This document shows, piece after piece, positions 9,691 to 19,136 of a stretch of DNA of 49,209 bases. Numbering within the stretch: the first letter of the stretch is position 1; every line of letters starts with the position of its first letter. A program made the position numbers and the translations under genes. Below the pieces are notes generated by a model. The model did no database searches. It saw only the letters and a program-made list of their open reading frames with translations, and was not told the DNA's origin. The stretch comes from Acidimicrobiia bacterium (GTDB taxonomy: Bacteria > Actinomycetota > Acidimicrobiia > Spongiisociales > JAENVV01). The stretch spans positions 1 through 49,209 of the forward strand of contig JBFGJH010000018.1 of NCBI GenBank assembly GCA_041577335.1. Direction: 5' to 3'.

Positions 9691-9731
9691 GCCGAGGCGC
9701 AGCTCTACCCGAGCCTGCTCGAGTCGAAACC
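9690..9731 (-). repeat. REP-like family C module
   Basis: gggtttcgac-[hairpin]-gagctgcgcctcg; second copy at 15776-15820 with a different but still pairing stem. Confidence 0.7.
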
Positions 9732-9732
9732 C

Positions 9733-10623
9733 CTAGGTGATCATCGTGCCGATGCCCTCGGGTGTGAAGATCTCGAGCAGGAGACTGTGTTGTACCCGGC
9801 CGTCGAGAATGTGGGCTTGCGGGACGCCCGAAGCCGTCGCTGAAATGCACGATCTGAGCTTGGGAACCATCCCGGCCGACGCGGCTCCAGACGAGATCAT
9901 GTCTTCGAGCTCGCCGACGGTCATCCGGGCAACCAGCGAATCCTCATCGCCCAAGTCTCGGTAGAGTCCCTCGACGTCGGTGAGGTAGATCAGCTTGGCC
10001 GCTCCCAGAGCTTCGGCCAGGGCACCGGCAGCGGTGTCGGCATTGATGTTGTACACCTGGCCGTCACTACCTCTGGCGAGGGGAGCAACCACTGGCACGA
10101 TGTCGCGTTCCAGGAGTCCTTCGACAAGGGTCGGGTTCACTGCATCAACTCGACCGACGAAACCGAGGCGCTCATCCTGTGGCACCGCATGAAAAAGGCC
10201 CCCATCGATCCCGGTGATCCCGGCCGCCGAGGCGCCGTGTCCCGATAGCAACCGCACGATGTCGGGATTGATCTCACCGGCCAGCACCGATTGCACCACC
10301 CGAATCGTTTCTGCGTCGGTCACCCTCAGCCCATCGACCCACTCCGGCTCCACCCCGGCTCGTCCCATGGCGCGCGTGATGTGCGGCCCTCCACCATGGA
10401 CAACGACGGTGTGAATGCCGACGAGATTGAGGAGGGCCACGTCACCGGCAAAGGTATCTCTCAGTGCTTCGTCGGTCATCGCCGATCCGCCATATTTGAT
10501 GACGATGGTGCGGCCTTTGAAGGCGCGGATGAAGGGCATGGCCTCCATGAGTATGCGCGCCTTGCCCATGGTCGAGGCGATGCGTCCCTTGCGCTCACTG
10601 GGAGCGGTGTGCCCGGTCGTCAC
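9733..10623 (-). CDS. argB: Acetylglutamate kinase
   Basis: IVIKYGGSAM, VVHGGGP, GLRVTD, YNINAD. Confidence 0.96.
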   Translation of the reverse strand: MTTGHTAPSERKGRIASTMGKARILMEAMPFIRAFKGRTIVIKYGGSAMTDEALRDTFAGDVALLNLVGIHTVVVHGGGPHITRAMGRAGVEPEWVDGLRVTDAETIRVVQSVLAGEINPDIVRLLSGHGASAAGITGIDGGLFHAVPQDERLGFVGRVDAVNPTLVEGLLERDIVPVVAPLARGSDGQVYNINADTAAGALAEALGAAKLIYLTDVEGLYRDLGDEDSLVARMTVGELEDMISSGAASAGMVPKLRSCISATASGVPQAHILDGRVQHSLLLEIFTPEGIGTMIT

Positions 10624-11768
10624 GATCGCTCGCCGTTCAGCTCCACGTAGGCAGGGGTGAGATCGGTCGTCACGATGAACGCTTCCCCGCCTCCGGGCCC
10701 GACTCGCACCTTCACCTCGAGGTCGCCGTCCATGAGCTCCAGGATTGCAGCTTCGTCATGGTCGAGGGCCATCCCATTGCGAGCGACGTCAACACCCTGA
10801 TAGCTCACATCGAACGCATTCGGATCGAAGCCAACCCCGGCAACTCCGGCCGCAGCAAGCAGCCGCCCCCAGTTGGGGTCACCACCGTAGAACGAGCTTC
10901 GCACCAACGCCGAGTCCGCCATGGCTTTGCCCAACGTCCGGGCGTCTCCGTCGTTGGCGGCCCCGAGTACCTCGATGGTCACAACCCGTGAGGCGCCTTC
11001 AGCATCCTCGGCCATCTGCCAGGCGAGCTGACGGCACACTGCGGTCAGGGCTTCCTCGAACTCGTCGTGGTCGGGCGTTATCTCCGACACCCCACTGCTC
11101 ATGAGTATCACCGTGTCGTTGGTCGACTGGCAGCCGTCCACATTGAGCGAATTGAACGTGAGATCTACCGCCCTGCGGAGCATCGAGCCAACCCTGGCTC
11201 GATCGACGACGGCGTCGGTGGTGAGAACCGCCAGCATGGTCGCCATGTCGGGCCGCAGCATTCCGGCCCCTTTGGCCATACCGCCCACCGTCCAACCCCC
11301 ATCCAGGGTCACCGCCGCCTCCTTGGAGCGCGAGTCGGTTGTGAGGATCGCTTCGGCAGCCGCCGACCCGTCAACACTCAGTGCTGCTACCACGCCAGGA
11401 ACACGATCGGGGAGGTCGTCGGGCAGTCGTGTTCCGATGGGGCCCGTCGAGCACACGAGAACCTCTGTGGGCTCGACGCCGAGTTCGACACCGACTCTCT
11501 CACACATGGCGTTGGCAGCGCTCACGCCGGCCGCCCCTGTTCCAGCGTTGGCGCAGCCTGAGTTGAGCACCACTGCCCGGGCTCGACCCGATGCGATGTG
11601 TGCTCGGCTCACCTGCACCGGGGCCGCGGCAGCCAGCGAAGAGGTAAACACGGCGGCGGTGGGACATGCATGGTCGGCCGTGACCAGCGCCAGGTCGCGT
11701 GCCCCGTCTGCTTTGATGCCGGCGCTGACGCCTCCAGCGAGAAACCCGGCGGCCGCAGTGACGCTCAT
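10620..11768 (-). CDS. argJ: Ornithine acetyltransferase / N-acetylglutamate synthase
   Basis: NSGCANA, AKGAGM..PDMATML autoprocessing site, STNDT, DAEGA, DPNWGR; ATGA overlap with argC. Confidence 0.95.
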   Translation of the reverse strand: MSVTAAAGFLAGGVSAGIKADGARDLALVTADHACPTAAVFTSSLAAAAPVQVSRAHIASGRARAVVLNSGCANAGTGAAGVSAANAMCERVGVELGVEPTEVLVCSTGPIGTRLPDDLPDRVPGVVAALSVDGSAAAEAILTTDSRSKEAAVTLDGGWTVGGMAKGAGMLRPDMATMLAVLTTDAVVDRARVGSMLRRAVDLTFNSLNVDGCQSTNDTVILMSSGVSEITPDHDEFEEALTAVCRQLAWQMAEDAEGASRVVTIEVLGAANDGDARTLGKAMADSALVRSSFYGGDPNWGRLLAAAGVAGVGFDPNAFDVSYQGVDVARNGMALDHDEAAILELMDGDLEVKVRVGPGGGEAFIVTTDLTPAYVELNGERS

Positions 11769-12787
11769 GGCATCCACCCGGCAGCGCCGAGGCCGGACGT
11801 CTCGTCGAGACCACACATCAGATTGGCGGCCTGGACTGCCTGTCCGGCTGCTCCCTTCACCAGGTTGTCGATTGCCGACATGGCAATCACCGTGTTGGTG
11901 GCGGAGTCCAGGTATGCGTTCACCAGCGCCCGGTTGGATCCAACGACCCAGCGCGTCTGAGGAGGTTCGTCGATGAGCTCCACGAATGGATTGCTGCCGG
12001 CGAATTCGGCAAGGGCTGACCTCACGCTCGCCACCGTCACCGAGCCGGCAGCCGGCGCCGTGATGGTTGCCAGGATGCCACGCTGCATCGGCACGAGATG
12101 GGGGGTGAACGTCACCGAGATGGGTGAGCCAACGAAGGCTGAAACGGCCATTTCGATCTCGGGGCGGTGGCGATGGGTGGTCACGGCATAGGCGCGAACA
12201 CCCTCATCGACGGAGCCGAACAAGAGGTCCGCTCGCACCGCACGACCTGCGCCCGAGACTCCTGACATGGCATTCACTACAACGTGATTCGTCTCGATGA
12301 TTCCTGCGTCGATCATCGGCGCCAGCGCCAACAATGCCGCAGTCGGGTAGCACCCGGGTGCTGCCACCCGATCGGCGTCCACGATGGATTCGCGAAACAA
12401 CTCGGGAAGGCCGTACGCCCACCGGCCCAACTCATCCGGAAGCGGGTGGGGAGCCCCGTATGCGCGTTGGTATCGATCTGGAGTGTCGAGGCGAAAGTCA
12501 CTGCCGAGATCGATCACCTTCACGCCCCCGCGTGCCAGCTCGGAGCCGAGCTCAGCAGACTCGCCATGGGGAAGGGCGAGAAAGGCCACCTTGATCCCGG
12601 GAAGGTCGGCAGTCATCGGTGACAGCACGCGATCCCCTCCCCAGAGATGTGGGTGCACTTCACCGAGGGTTCTTCCCGCCTGCGAATGGGCACCGAGATA
12701 TGTTGCATCGAAGGTCGGGTGGCCGTCGACGAGCCGCACCAGCTCTCCGCCTCCGTAGCCGGACGCGCCGAGGATCGCAGTCTTCAT
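11765..12787 (-). CDS. argC: N-acetyl-gamma-glutamyl-phosphate reductase
   Basis: GASGYGG, PGCYPT, SGVSGAG, IDNLVKGAAGQA. Confidence 0.96.
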   Translation of the reverse strand: MKTAILGASGYGGGELVRLVDGHPTFDATYLGAHSQAGRTLGEVHPHLWGGDRVLSPMTADLPGIKVAFLALPHGESAELGSELARGGVKVIDLGSDFRLDTPDRYQRAYGAPHPLPDELGRWAYGLPELFRESIVDADRVAAPGCYPTAALLALAPMIDAGIIETNHVVVNAMSGVSGAGRAVRADLLFGSVDEGVRAYAVTTHRHRPEIEMAVSAFVGSPISVTFTPHLVPMQRGILATITAPAAGSVTVASVRSALAEFAGSNPFVELIDEPPQTRWVVGSNRALVNAYLDSATNTVIAMSAIDNLVKGAAGQAVQAANLMCGLDETSGLGAAGWMP

Positions 12788-12791
12788 TACG

Positions 12792-12825
12792 ACATCCTTA
12801 TACGCATATGCGCATATGTCAATGT
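12792..12825 (-). promoter_or_regulatory. argC promoter with probable tandem ARG boxes
   Basis: Minus strand CATTGACATATGCG and CGTATAAGGATGTC at 20-bp period; contains TTGACA and the palindrome CATATGCGCATATG (12805-12818). Confidence 0.6.
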
Positions 12826-12829
12826 TCGG

Positions 12830-14407
12830 TCATCGGGGAGGCTCGAGGCCCATCTCCGGGATTGGAGGGATCTCTGCATCGTACAGCCAGGCATCGAAGA
12901 ATCCGCCGAGCTCTCGACCTGACTGTTCCTCCGCTACCGCGATGAAATCAGCAGTGCCGGCGTTTCCGTACGCAAATCGATCCGCATATGTGCGCAATGT
13001 ATCAAAGAACACCTCATCGCCGACTTCGAGACGGAGCGCATGAAGCGTCAGCCCGCCGCGCAGGTACACAGAACCGTTGAAGAGATCAGACGGGTCCGGC
13101 TCACCAGGTGGAGGGAACGACGCCTGCGCTTCAGCCCGAGCCGCCTGTGCGTCGGCGGCGGTGTCGAGGAAGATGCCGCCACTCATCAAGTCGTAGGCAA
13201 ATCCGATCTCGGCGTCGAACTCCTCGGTCAGTCCTTGGTGCTCGAGCCACAGCCACTGCGTGTAGGTGGCAAAGCCCTCGTTCAGCCAGATGTCGCTCCA
13301 GTCGGCCACACTGACGCTGTTGCCGAACCACTGATGCGCCAGTTCGTGAACGACGACCGTCTCCCCTGCCGGCAGGCTCTGGCGTCCGAACGTGGAAAGC
13401 GTCTGCGTCTCCAACGCAGCACCCAGATTGATGGTGTCGACGACCAGCGAGCCATAGGCTTCAAATGGGTAAGGCCCGTAGATCTCGGTGAGGTAGGCGA
13501 GCATCTCTCCCTGGCGGCGAAATGAGGTCAAAGACGGTGCCGGTATGTCGTCGTCGAAGTAGTTGCGAATCGGCACGCCGTTTGGCCCGGTTTCCTGCTC
13601 GACCACAAAGTCGCCGACGGCCAGCGGCACCAGATAGGGAGCGACGGGATCGCGCGATTCCCAGGTGTAGGTGGTCGTGTCCTCGTCGACGAGGTCAGTG
13701 GATACCAGTGTCCCAATGCTCGCCACCACCAGCGGATTGGGCACGGTGACCTGAATACGATACGTCGCCTTGTCCAGGGGATGGTCGTTCACGGGCATCC
13801 ACGACGAGGTCCCGTCGGGCTCACTCAGCGCAAACAGAGCACCGTTGACGTTGAGCATGCCGGTGGCGAACGGCGCTCCCTGGGAAGTGAACGGGACGGG
13901 AGATCCCCCGTAAGCGACGGTCACCTCGAACTCCGTACCGCTGACGATCACGGTATCTGGGTCGATGCGCAGTTCTCCCATCTGGTGGTCGAACACCGCA
14001 GGCACGCCGTCCACTGCCACGCTTTCGACCTCCAGCTCATCGAAATCGAGTGTGAAACTGTCGAGGTCTTGAGTGGCAATGGCCGTGAGAACCGAAGTGC
14101 CCTCGATGGTGGGAACAGCGGGGTCCATAGACAACGTCAGGGTCACGTTCTGAACGTCGTACCCCGCATTGCCGAGATCGGTGTACAGGGAATCGCCAAT
14201 GCCATCTGCGGCATCGACGCCGGGGGGTAGCGTCGTGGAAGCCGACCCCTCCGTGGAGTCGGCGGCAGTATCAGTGGCTGCCTCCGAGGACACCACCGCG
14301 CCGATCTGAGAGCTGTCTGCCGAGGTCGAACTACACGCGCCGAGCAGCAGGAACAACAAAACGATCAGCAAATGCCCGCGACGAATCGGGGTCTCATGTC
14401 CAGTCAC
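12830..14407 (-). CDS. M1 family zinc aminopeptidase, predicted lipoprotein (start uncertain)
   Basis: Lipobox LGAC; ALETQ; HELAHQWFG...WLNEGFA; YLRG. Confidence 0.9.
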   Translation of the reverse strand: MTGHETPIRRGHLLIVLLFLLLGACSSTSADSSQIGAVVSSEAATDTAADSTEGSASTTLPPGVDAADGIGDSLYTDLGNAGYDVQNVTLTLSMDPAVPTIEGTSVLTAIATQDLDSFTLDFDELEVESVAVDGVPAVFDHQMGELRIDPDTVIVSGTEFEVTVAYGGSPVPFTSQGAPFATGMLNVNGALFALSEPDGTSSWMPVNDHPLDKATYRIQVTVPNPLVVASIGTLVSTDLVDEDTTTYTWESRDPVAPYLVPLAVGDFVVEQETGPNGVPIRNYFDDDIPAPSLTSFRRQGEMLAYLTEIYGPYPFEAYGSLVVDTINLGAALETQTLSTFGRQSLPAGETVVVHELAHQWFGNSVSVADWSDIWLNEGFATYTQWLWLEHQGLTEEFDAEIGFAYDLMSGGIFLDTAADAQAARAEAQASFPPPGEPDPSDLFNGSVYLRGGLTLHALRLEVGDEVFFDTLRTYADRFAYGNAGTADFIAVAEEQSGRELGGFFDAWLYDAEIPPIPEMGLEPPR

Positions 14408-15758
14408 GCACGAGAGCGTAGGCCTCCTCTGGAGTAAACGGGCCATGATCGATGCGATGCTCGGTCAGCAGCTTCATGATTCTGCCTACTTCGGGCCCGG
14501 GCTCGATGCCGAGGAACGCCATCACATCGGTCCCATCGATCGGAGGGCGAAGACTGGCGAGTTCCTCTTGGGCGGACAACACCTCGATCCGTTCCTCCAG
14601 CTCGTCAATGCGTCGCTGGATTGCGTCGGCGCGCTTCTTGTTGCCGGTGGTCACATCGCACCGCACGAGCTGGTTCAGGTCGTCGAGCAAGGGCCCGGCA
14701 TCGCGCACGTAGCGGCGGACGGCGGAGTCGGTCCACCCCATCTTGAACGTGTGGGGTCGAAGGTGCAGGAACACCAGCTGGCCAACCTCCTCGACCAACT
14801 CGCGGGGATATCGGAGCGCTTTGAGCCTCTGCCGAGCCATACGCGCGCCGACCACCTCGTGATGGTGGAACGACACGCCCTTCGGTCCGAACTCTCTCGT
14901 TGCGGGCTTGCCGATGTCGTGAAGGAGCGCGGCCAAACGGATGCGCAAGGTGGGCTCTGTCTTCTCCACAACGGCCAGCGTGTGCTCCCATACGTCTTTG
15001 TGGCGATGGAGAGGGTCCCGTTGCTGTTGCAGCTGCACGAGCTCAGGCAGAAAATGTTCAGCAAGGCCCGTGCGCACGATCCCCCGCAGGCCGGTCGCGG
15101 GTCGCGAGGACACGAGCAGCTTGCTCAGCTCGTCACGTATCCGTTCGCCCGATACGATCTCGAGGCGATCGGCCATGTCGACGACGGCCGCCTCAGTTTC
15201 AGCGTTGATCTCGAAACCGGTTGTGCTCGCAAACCGGAACAGCCGGAGCATCCGCAGTGGATCGTCTCCAAATGACACCTCCGGGCCGAGTGGGGTCCGG
15301 AGCTCCCGACGGGCGAGATCGGCCAAACCTCCAAAGGGATCCACGACTTCTGCGTCGGGGAGCCGCAGCGCCATCGAGTTGATCGTGAAGTCTCGCCGGG
15401 ACAAATCCGTTTCGATGGAATCGGAAAACGTCACGTCGGGCTTGCGACTCTCTTCGTGATAGACCTCGTCCCGAAATGTGGTGATCTCGTACACGTGGTC
15501 GCCGATGCGAACGCCAATCGTCCCGAAGCGCTCCCCCATCGTGTAGACGGCTTCGGCAACCGGGCGCACGATTTGCTTGATCGCGTCGGGTCGAGCGTCG
15601 GTGGCGAAGTCGAGATCGTCGTGAGCAACGTCGAGCAGCGCATCACGCAGAGAGCCACCAACGAGGTAGAGCTCATGCCCGGCGTCGGAGAACAAATCCG
15701 ATAACACAAGCGTCGGCGAACCATCGGCCAAAAGCCACTGCAAACGTTCCGGAATCAT
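14394..15758 (-). CDS. cca: CCA tRNA nucleotidyltransferase with HD domain
   Basis: LYLVGG..RD, DLDFAT, DLSRRDFTIN, DDPLRMLR, LLHDIGKP. Confidence 0.92.
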   Translation of the reverse strand: MIPERLQWLLADGSPTLVLSDLFSDAGHELYLVGGSLRDALLDVAHDDLDFATDARPDAIKQIVRPVAEAVYTMGERFGTIGVRIGDHVYEITTFRDEVYHEESRKPDVTFSDSIETDLSRRDFTINSMALRLPDAEVVDPFGGLADLARRELRTPLGPEVSFGDDPLRMLRLFRFASTTGFEINAETEAAVVDMADRLEIVSGERIRDELSKLLVSSRPATGLRGIVRTGLAEHFLPELVQLQQQRDPLHRHKDVWEHTLAVVEKTEPTLRIRLAALLHDIGKPATREFGPKGVSFHHHEVVGARMARQRLKALRYPRELVEEVGQLVFLHLRPHTFKMGWTDSAVRRYVRDAGPLLDDLNQLVRCDVTTGNKKRADAIQRRIDELEERIEVLSAQEELASLRPPIDGTDVMAFLGIEPGPEVGRIMKLLTEHRIDHGPFTPEEAYALVRDWT

Positions 15759-15775
15759 CGGCCCAAAGGCTAGGC

Positions 15776-15820
15776 GGGTTTCGACCGGGGCAGGCCCTGG
15801 TCGAGCTGCGCCTCGCCTCA
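15776..15820 (+). repeat. REP-like family C module
   Basis: gggtttcgaccggggcaggccctggtcgagctgcgcctcg; exact gagctgcgcctcg also at 9693-9705 (minus). Confidence 0.7.
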
Positions 15821-15900
15821 ACGGGCGGCGCCACTTTTCCGCCAGCGGAGCCGGGGGGAAAATCCAAGATGGCCCAACGGCCATACCTGCTGGGAACGAG

Positions 15901-16052
15901 CGTCGTCAGCAAGGCTCACGCCTCGCCTCCTCCACCGCTCCGCTTTCGCCTACCGGCGAAGCCAACCTCCGTGCAGTTGCTTCGCAACTGCATACGAGAA
16001 CGTAAAGCGTTCTCGACTCAACCGCTCGCTCCGCTCACGGGAGGAGGAAACG
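15901..16052 (+). repeat. REP-like family A copy carrying the double-hairpin cassette (15971-16015)
   Basis: Outer cctcctcc/ggaggagg stem, cgctcgctccgctc motif; colinear with the inverted copy at 40341-40444, which lacks the cassette. Confidence 0.8.
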
Positions 16053-16180
16053 AGGGGGTCTTGGTGAAAGCTCCACCCACCGTGCAGCTGGAGGCACCGT
16101 GGCGGGTACGGCGGGCCGACAGGAAGAGGGCGGACGTAGAGCCGCACGACCAACCCGCTCGGATCCTGATCCGATTTGAA

Positions 16181-17260
16181 CTACGTCTTGATGATGCCGG
16201 CTTGTTCGGCGCGGACGCGGAAGTCGTGGGGGTTGGAGGCGTTCTGCATGGCGACTTGGAAGGTGATCTCGCCGTTCTTGAAACGATCGAGAATCGACTG
16301 GTCGAAGGTCTGCATGCCGTAGAACTCGGACTCCCTGATCACCTCGACGAGGCTGTTGGTTTCCGATCCGTCGACAATGCGGTCATAGACGCGTCCGTTC
16401 ATCGTCATGATTTCGATCGCCGGGATGCGGCCGCCGTCGGTTCGTTCGAGGAGGCGCTGGGACACGACACCCTTCAAGGTCGATGCCAGGAGAATCCGGA
16501 TCTGCTGTTGCTGATGGGGAGGGAAGAAGTCGATGATCCGGTTGATCGTCTCGGTGGCATCGATGGTGTGCAACGTCGAAAGGACCAGGTGCCCGGTCTC
16601 GGCGGCCTGCAATGCGGCTTTGACCGTCTCCGAGTCACGCATCTCACCGATGAGGATGATGTCGGGATCCTGACGGAGAGCACGGCGCAGTGCCTCGTTG
16701 AAGTCTTTGGTATCCATTCCCACCTCACGCTGCGCGATGATCGACAGCTTGTCTCGATGGAGAACCTCGATCGGGTCTTCGATGGTGATGATGTTGACCC
16801 GACGAGTCGTGTTCATGTAGTCGATCATCGACGCCAGCGTCGTGGTCTTGCCCGATCCCGTGGGACCCGTCACGAGGATGAGGCCGCGCGCCTCGCCGGC
16901 GAGCTTCTCGAGCACGGTTGGAAGGCCAAGCTCACCAAAGCTCTGCGTCGACGGAAGCACTCGCCTCAAAACCAGGCTCACCGAGCCACGCTGGCGGTAC
17001 ACGTTGACGCGGAATCGGCCGAGCTCGGGTTTTCCGTATGCGAAGTCTGCTTCCGACAGCTCCCTGAATTCGGAGGCCGCACGTTGCGTAAAGATCTGGT
17101 TGGCGTACTCCTCGGTGTCATTCGGCAGAAGGACAGGAAGCGAGGTCGGGTGGAGTTCTCCATCCAGCCGCATGACGGGCGGGGACCCCACCTTGAGATG
17201 CAGGTCAGAGGCTTCCACCTCGATCATCTTCTTGAGAAGCTCATCGAGCGACGCAGCCAC
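16181..17260 (-). CDS. pilT: Type IV pilus retraction ATPase (PilT/PilU family)
   Basis: ASDLHL, GPTGSGKTT, TIEDPIE, ALRQDPD..LIGEMRD, AETGHLV.STLH, GMQTFD; GGAGG RBS. Confidence 0.92.
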   Translation of the reverse strand: MAASLDELLKKMIEVEASDLHLKVGSPPVMRLDGELHPTSLPVLLPNDTEEYANQIFTQRAASEFRELSEADFAYGKPELGRFRVNVYRQRGSVSLVLRRVLPSTQSFGELGLPTVLEKLAGEARGLILVTGPTGSGKTTTLASMIDYMNTTRRVNIITIEDPIEVLHRDKLSIIAQREVGMDTKDFNEALRRALRQDPDIILIGEMRDSETVKAALQAAETGHLVLSTLHTIDATETINRIIDFFPPHQQQQIRILLASTLKGVVSQRLLERTDGGRIPAIEIMTMNGRVYDRIVDGSETNSLVEVIRESEFYGMQTFDQSILDRFKNGEITFQVAMQNASNPHDFRVRAEQAGIIKT

Positions 17261-17320
17261 CTCAACCTCCTTGCGTCTCGGGCGAGCTACCGACTCCTAT
17301 CGGCGGGTTGCCGGGAGGAC

Positions 17321-18334
17321 TTAACCGATCTTCCAGAATGCTTTTGCGGCCTCGCTCACCAATTCGAGGTTTCGCCATGAGCTCGCCGGCGACTTGTGCT
17401 CCGTCTCCTCATGGAGGGCGTCCCCTGCGGCACCACGCAGGGTGGCCTCGACGGCGCTCTGGATGCCGTCGAGGTTATAGCCGCCTTCGAGAAAGTAGAT
17501 GGTCCGCCCGGCCGGCACGACTCGCGCAACAACCGAGGCCATGAACGCGTAGTCAGGACCCTCCAGGCGGAGATCAGCCAGGGGGTCGAGCACGTGGGCG
17601 TCGTAACCGGCACTCACCAAGACCCAGTCCGGCTGATATTGCTCGAGCACTGGTTGGATGACTCGACCGAACGCTGCCCGATACACATCGCCGGCTGTGC
17701 CAGACGGCAGCGGCAGGTTCAACACGGTGCCGCGCCCTGGGCCATACCCCACTTCGTCGAGCCAGCCCGAGCCTGGGTAGAAGGGGTACTCATGGGTTGA
17801 GATGTACAGAACCTCTTTGCGGTCCACGAATAGGTCCTGCGTGCCGTTGCCGTGATGCACATCCCAATCCACCACGGCAACCCGGAAACCGGCCTCGATC
17901 AGGAACTCCGCGGTGACCGCAACGTTGTTGAAGAGGCAGAAGCCCATCGCACGCCCTGCGACCGCGTGATGGCCGGGTGGCCGAACGGCGCAGAAGGCAA
18001 CGTCGGCCTGTGCCTCGAGCAGAGCGCCCACAGCCTGCGGTCCCGATCCGGCCGCCCGGAGTGCGGCATCCCAGCTGGCTTCCACTGCGTAGGTGTCGGC
18101 ATCGAGATGGCCTCCGCCCGAATCACAGAACGCCTCGATGGAGGCGATGTACCGTCGGGAATGAACGTGCGAAAGCAGTTCCATGTCCACGGGCGCAGCC
18201 TCGAGGGTGGCAGTGACGGTACCCGAAGCCATCGCGCCGTCAATGACGGCGTTCAGCCGCTCAGGTCGCTCCGGATGCCAATCCGAAGACACGTGCTCGA
18301 AAAAGGTCGAGTGAGTGATGAGAGCTGTCTGCAT
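17321..18334 (-). CDS. Zn-dependent histone deacetylase family amidohydrolase
   Basis: HPE, RPPGHHA, GFCLFNN, DWDVHHGNGTQ, SAGYDAH, LEGGY. Confidence 0.93.
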   Translation of the reverse strand: MQTALITHSTFFEHVSSDWHPERPERLNAVIDGAMASGTVTATLEAAPVDMELLSHVHSRRYIASIEAFCDSGGGHLDADTYAVEASWDAALRAAGSGPQAVGALLEAQADVAFCAVRPPGHHAVAGRAMGFCLFNNVAVTAEFLIEAGFRVAVVDWDVHHGNGTQDLFVDRKEVLYISTHEYPFYPGSGWLDEVGYGPGRGTVLNLPLPSGTAGDVYRAAFGRVIQPVLEQYQPDWVLVSAGYDAHVLDPLADLRLEGPDYAFMASVVARVVPAGRTIYFLEGGYNLDGIQSAVEATLRGAAGDALHEETEHKSPASSWRNLELVSEAAKAFWKIG

Positions 18335-18413
18335 CGTTCGCAACTCTATGCGCTGACGGGCGACGGTCGAAAACTCGCCAGGCTCTACGATGTTGTATGA
18401 GAGGAGACCGATC

Positions 18414-19136
18414 GTGCACATCACCGCCCGCGGCACTTGGCCGGGGCCCATCACTCTGCGCCAGGGGTGGGCAAAGGCCGTCGCCCGGCAGTGGAACGAA
18501 TTCGTACCGGATGCACAAATGCGGCTCGTGCGCGGATCCGCTGGGTTCATCGCGGCGGCGACCAGTCATCTCCTCGACACGGTTGCGTTGGGGGTCACTT
18601 CACCGCCGCTGCCCGAGGTGGGCGCCAATGCGTGGCGCAAGGCCGGGTATCACAACTACCTCCATCTCGACCTGTTCTCCATGGACTTGCATACGCTTCC
18701 CAAGGCCCCTGCTCACCCGGTGCGCAGCGACCGGCCTGATTTGTGGCACGAAGCCGTGGCGATCGACTCGGCGGCATTCCAGGTGAGATGGCGGCTCGGA
18801 TCGGTAGGTCTGGCCGAAGCCCGCGACGCCACCTCCCGCTCTGCGTTCTTGACCCTCGAAGACGATGACTCTCTCGCCGGGTTCGCCATCGTGGGAGTAG
18901 CAGGGCCGGTTGCCTACCTGCAACGCGTGGCGGTTCTTCCGCAGGCACGAGGCCGCGGCTACGGACGGTCGTTGGTGCGGGCGAGTGCCCAATGGGGCCG
19001 GGCCCGAGGCGGGCGGTCGATGCTGCTCAATACCCAACCCGACAACGATCCTGCGGCAGCGCTGTACCAGTCGGAAGGCTTTCGCAAACTTCCCGCCGGA
19101 CTCAACGTGCTTCGCTTTCCGGGACCGCTCTCATGA
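18414..19136 (+). CDS. GNAT family N-acetyltransferase (RimI-like C-terminal domain)
   Basis: AYLQRVAV.P.ARGRGYG, N..A.ALY...GF; GAGGAG RBS before GTG 18414. Confidence 0.85.
   Translation: MHITARGTWPGPITLRQGWAKAVARQWNEFVPDAQMRLVRGSAGFIAAATSHLLDTVALGVTSPPLPEVGANAWRKAGYHNYLHLDLFSMDLHTLPKAPAHPVRSDRPDLWHEAVAIDSAAFQVRWRLGSVGLAEARDATSRSAFLTLEDDDSLAGFAIVGVAGPVAYLQRVAVLPQARGRGYGRSLVRASAQWGRARGGRSMLLNTQPDNDPAAALYQSEGFRKLPAGLNVLRFPGPLS

Noticed and set aside
9598..9720. Long-range inverted repeat gagcaggctc/gagcctgctc suggesting a single ncRNA or MITE
   Set aside because: The two arms belong to different repeat modules (B and C), and the pairing is not seen in the other copies.
15869..17380. 503-aa plus-strand ORF
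   Set aside because: Antisense shadow of pilT running into intergenic repeats; no motifs; typical of high-GC DNA.
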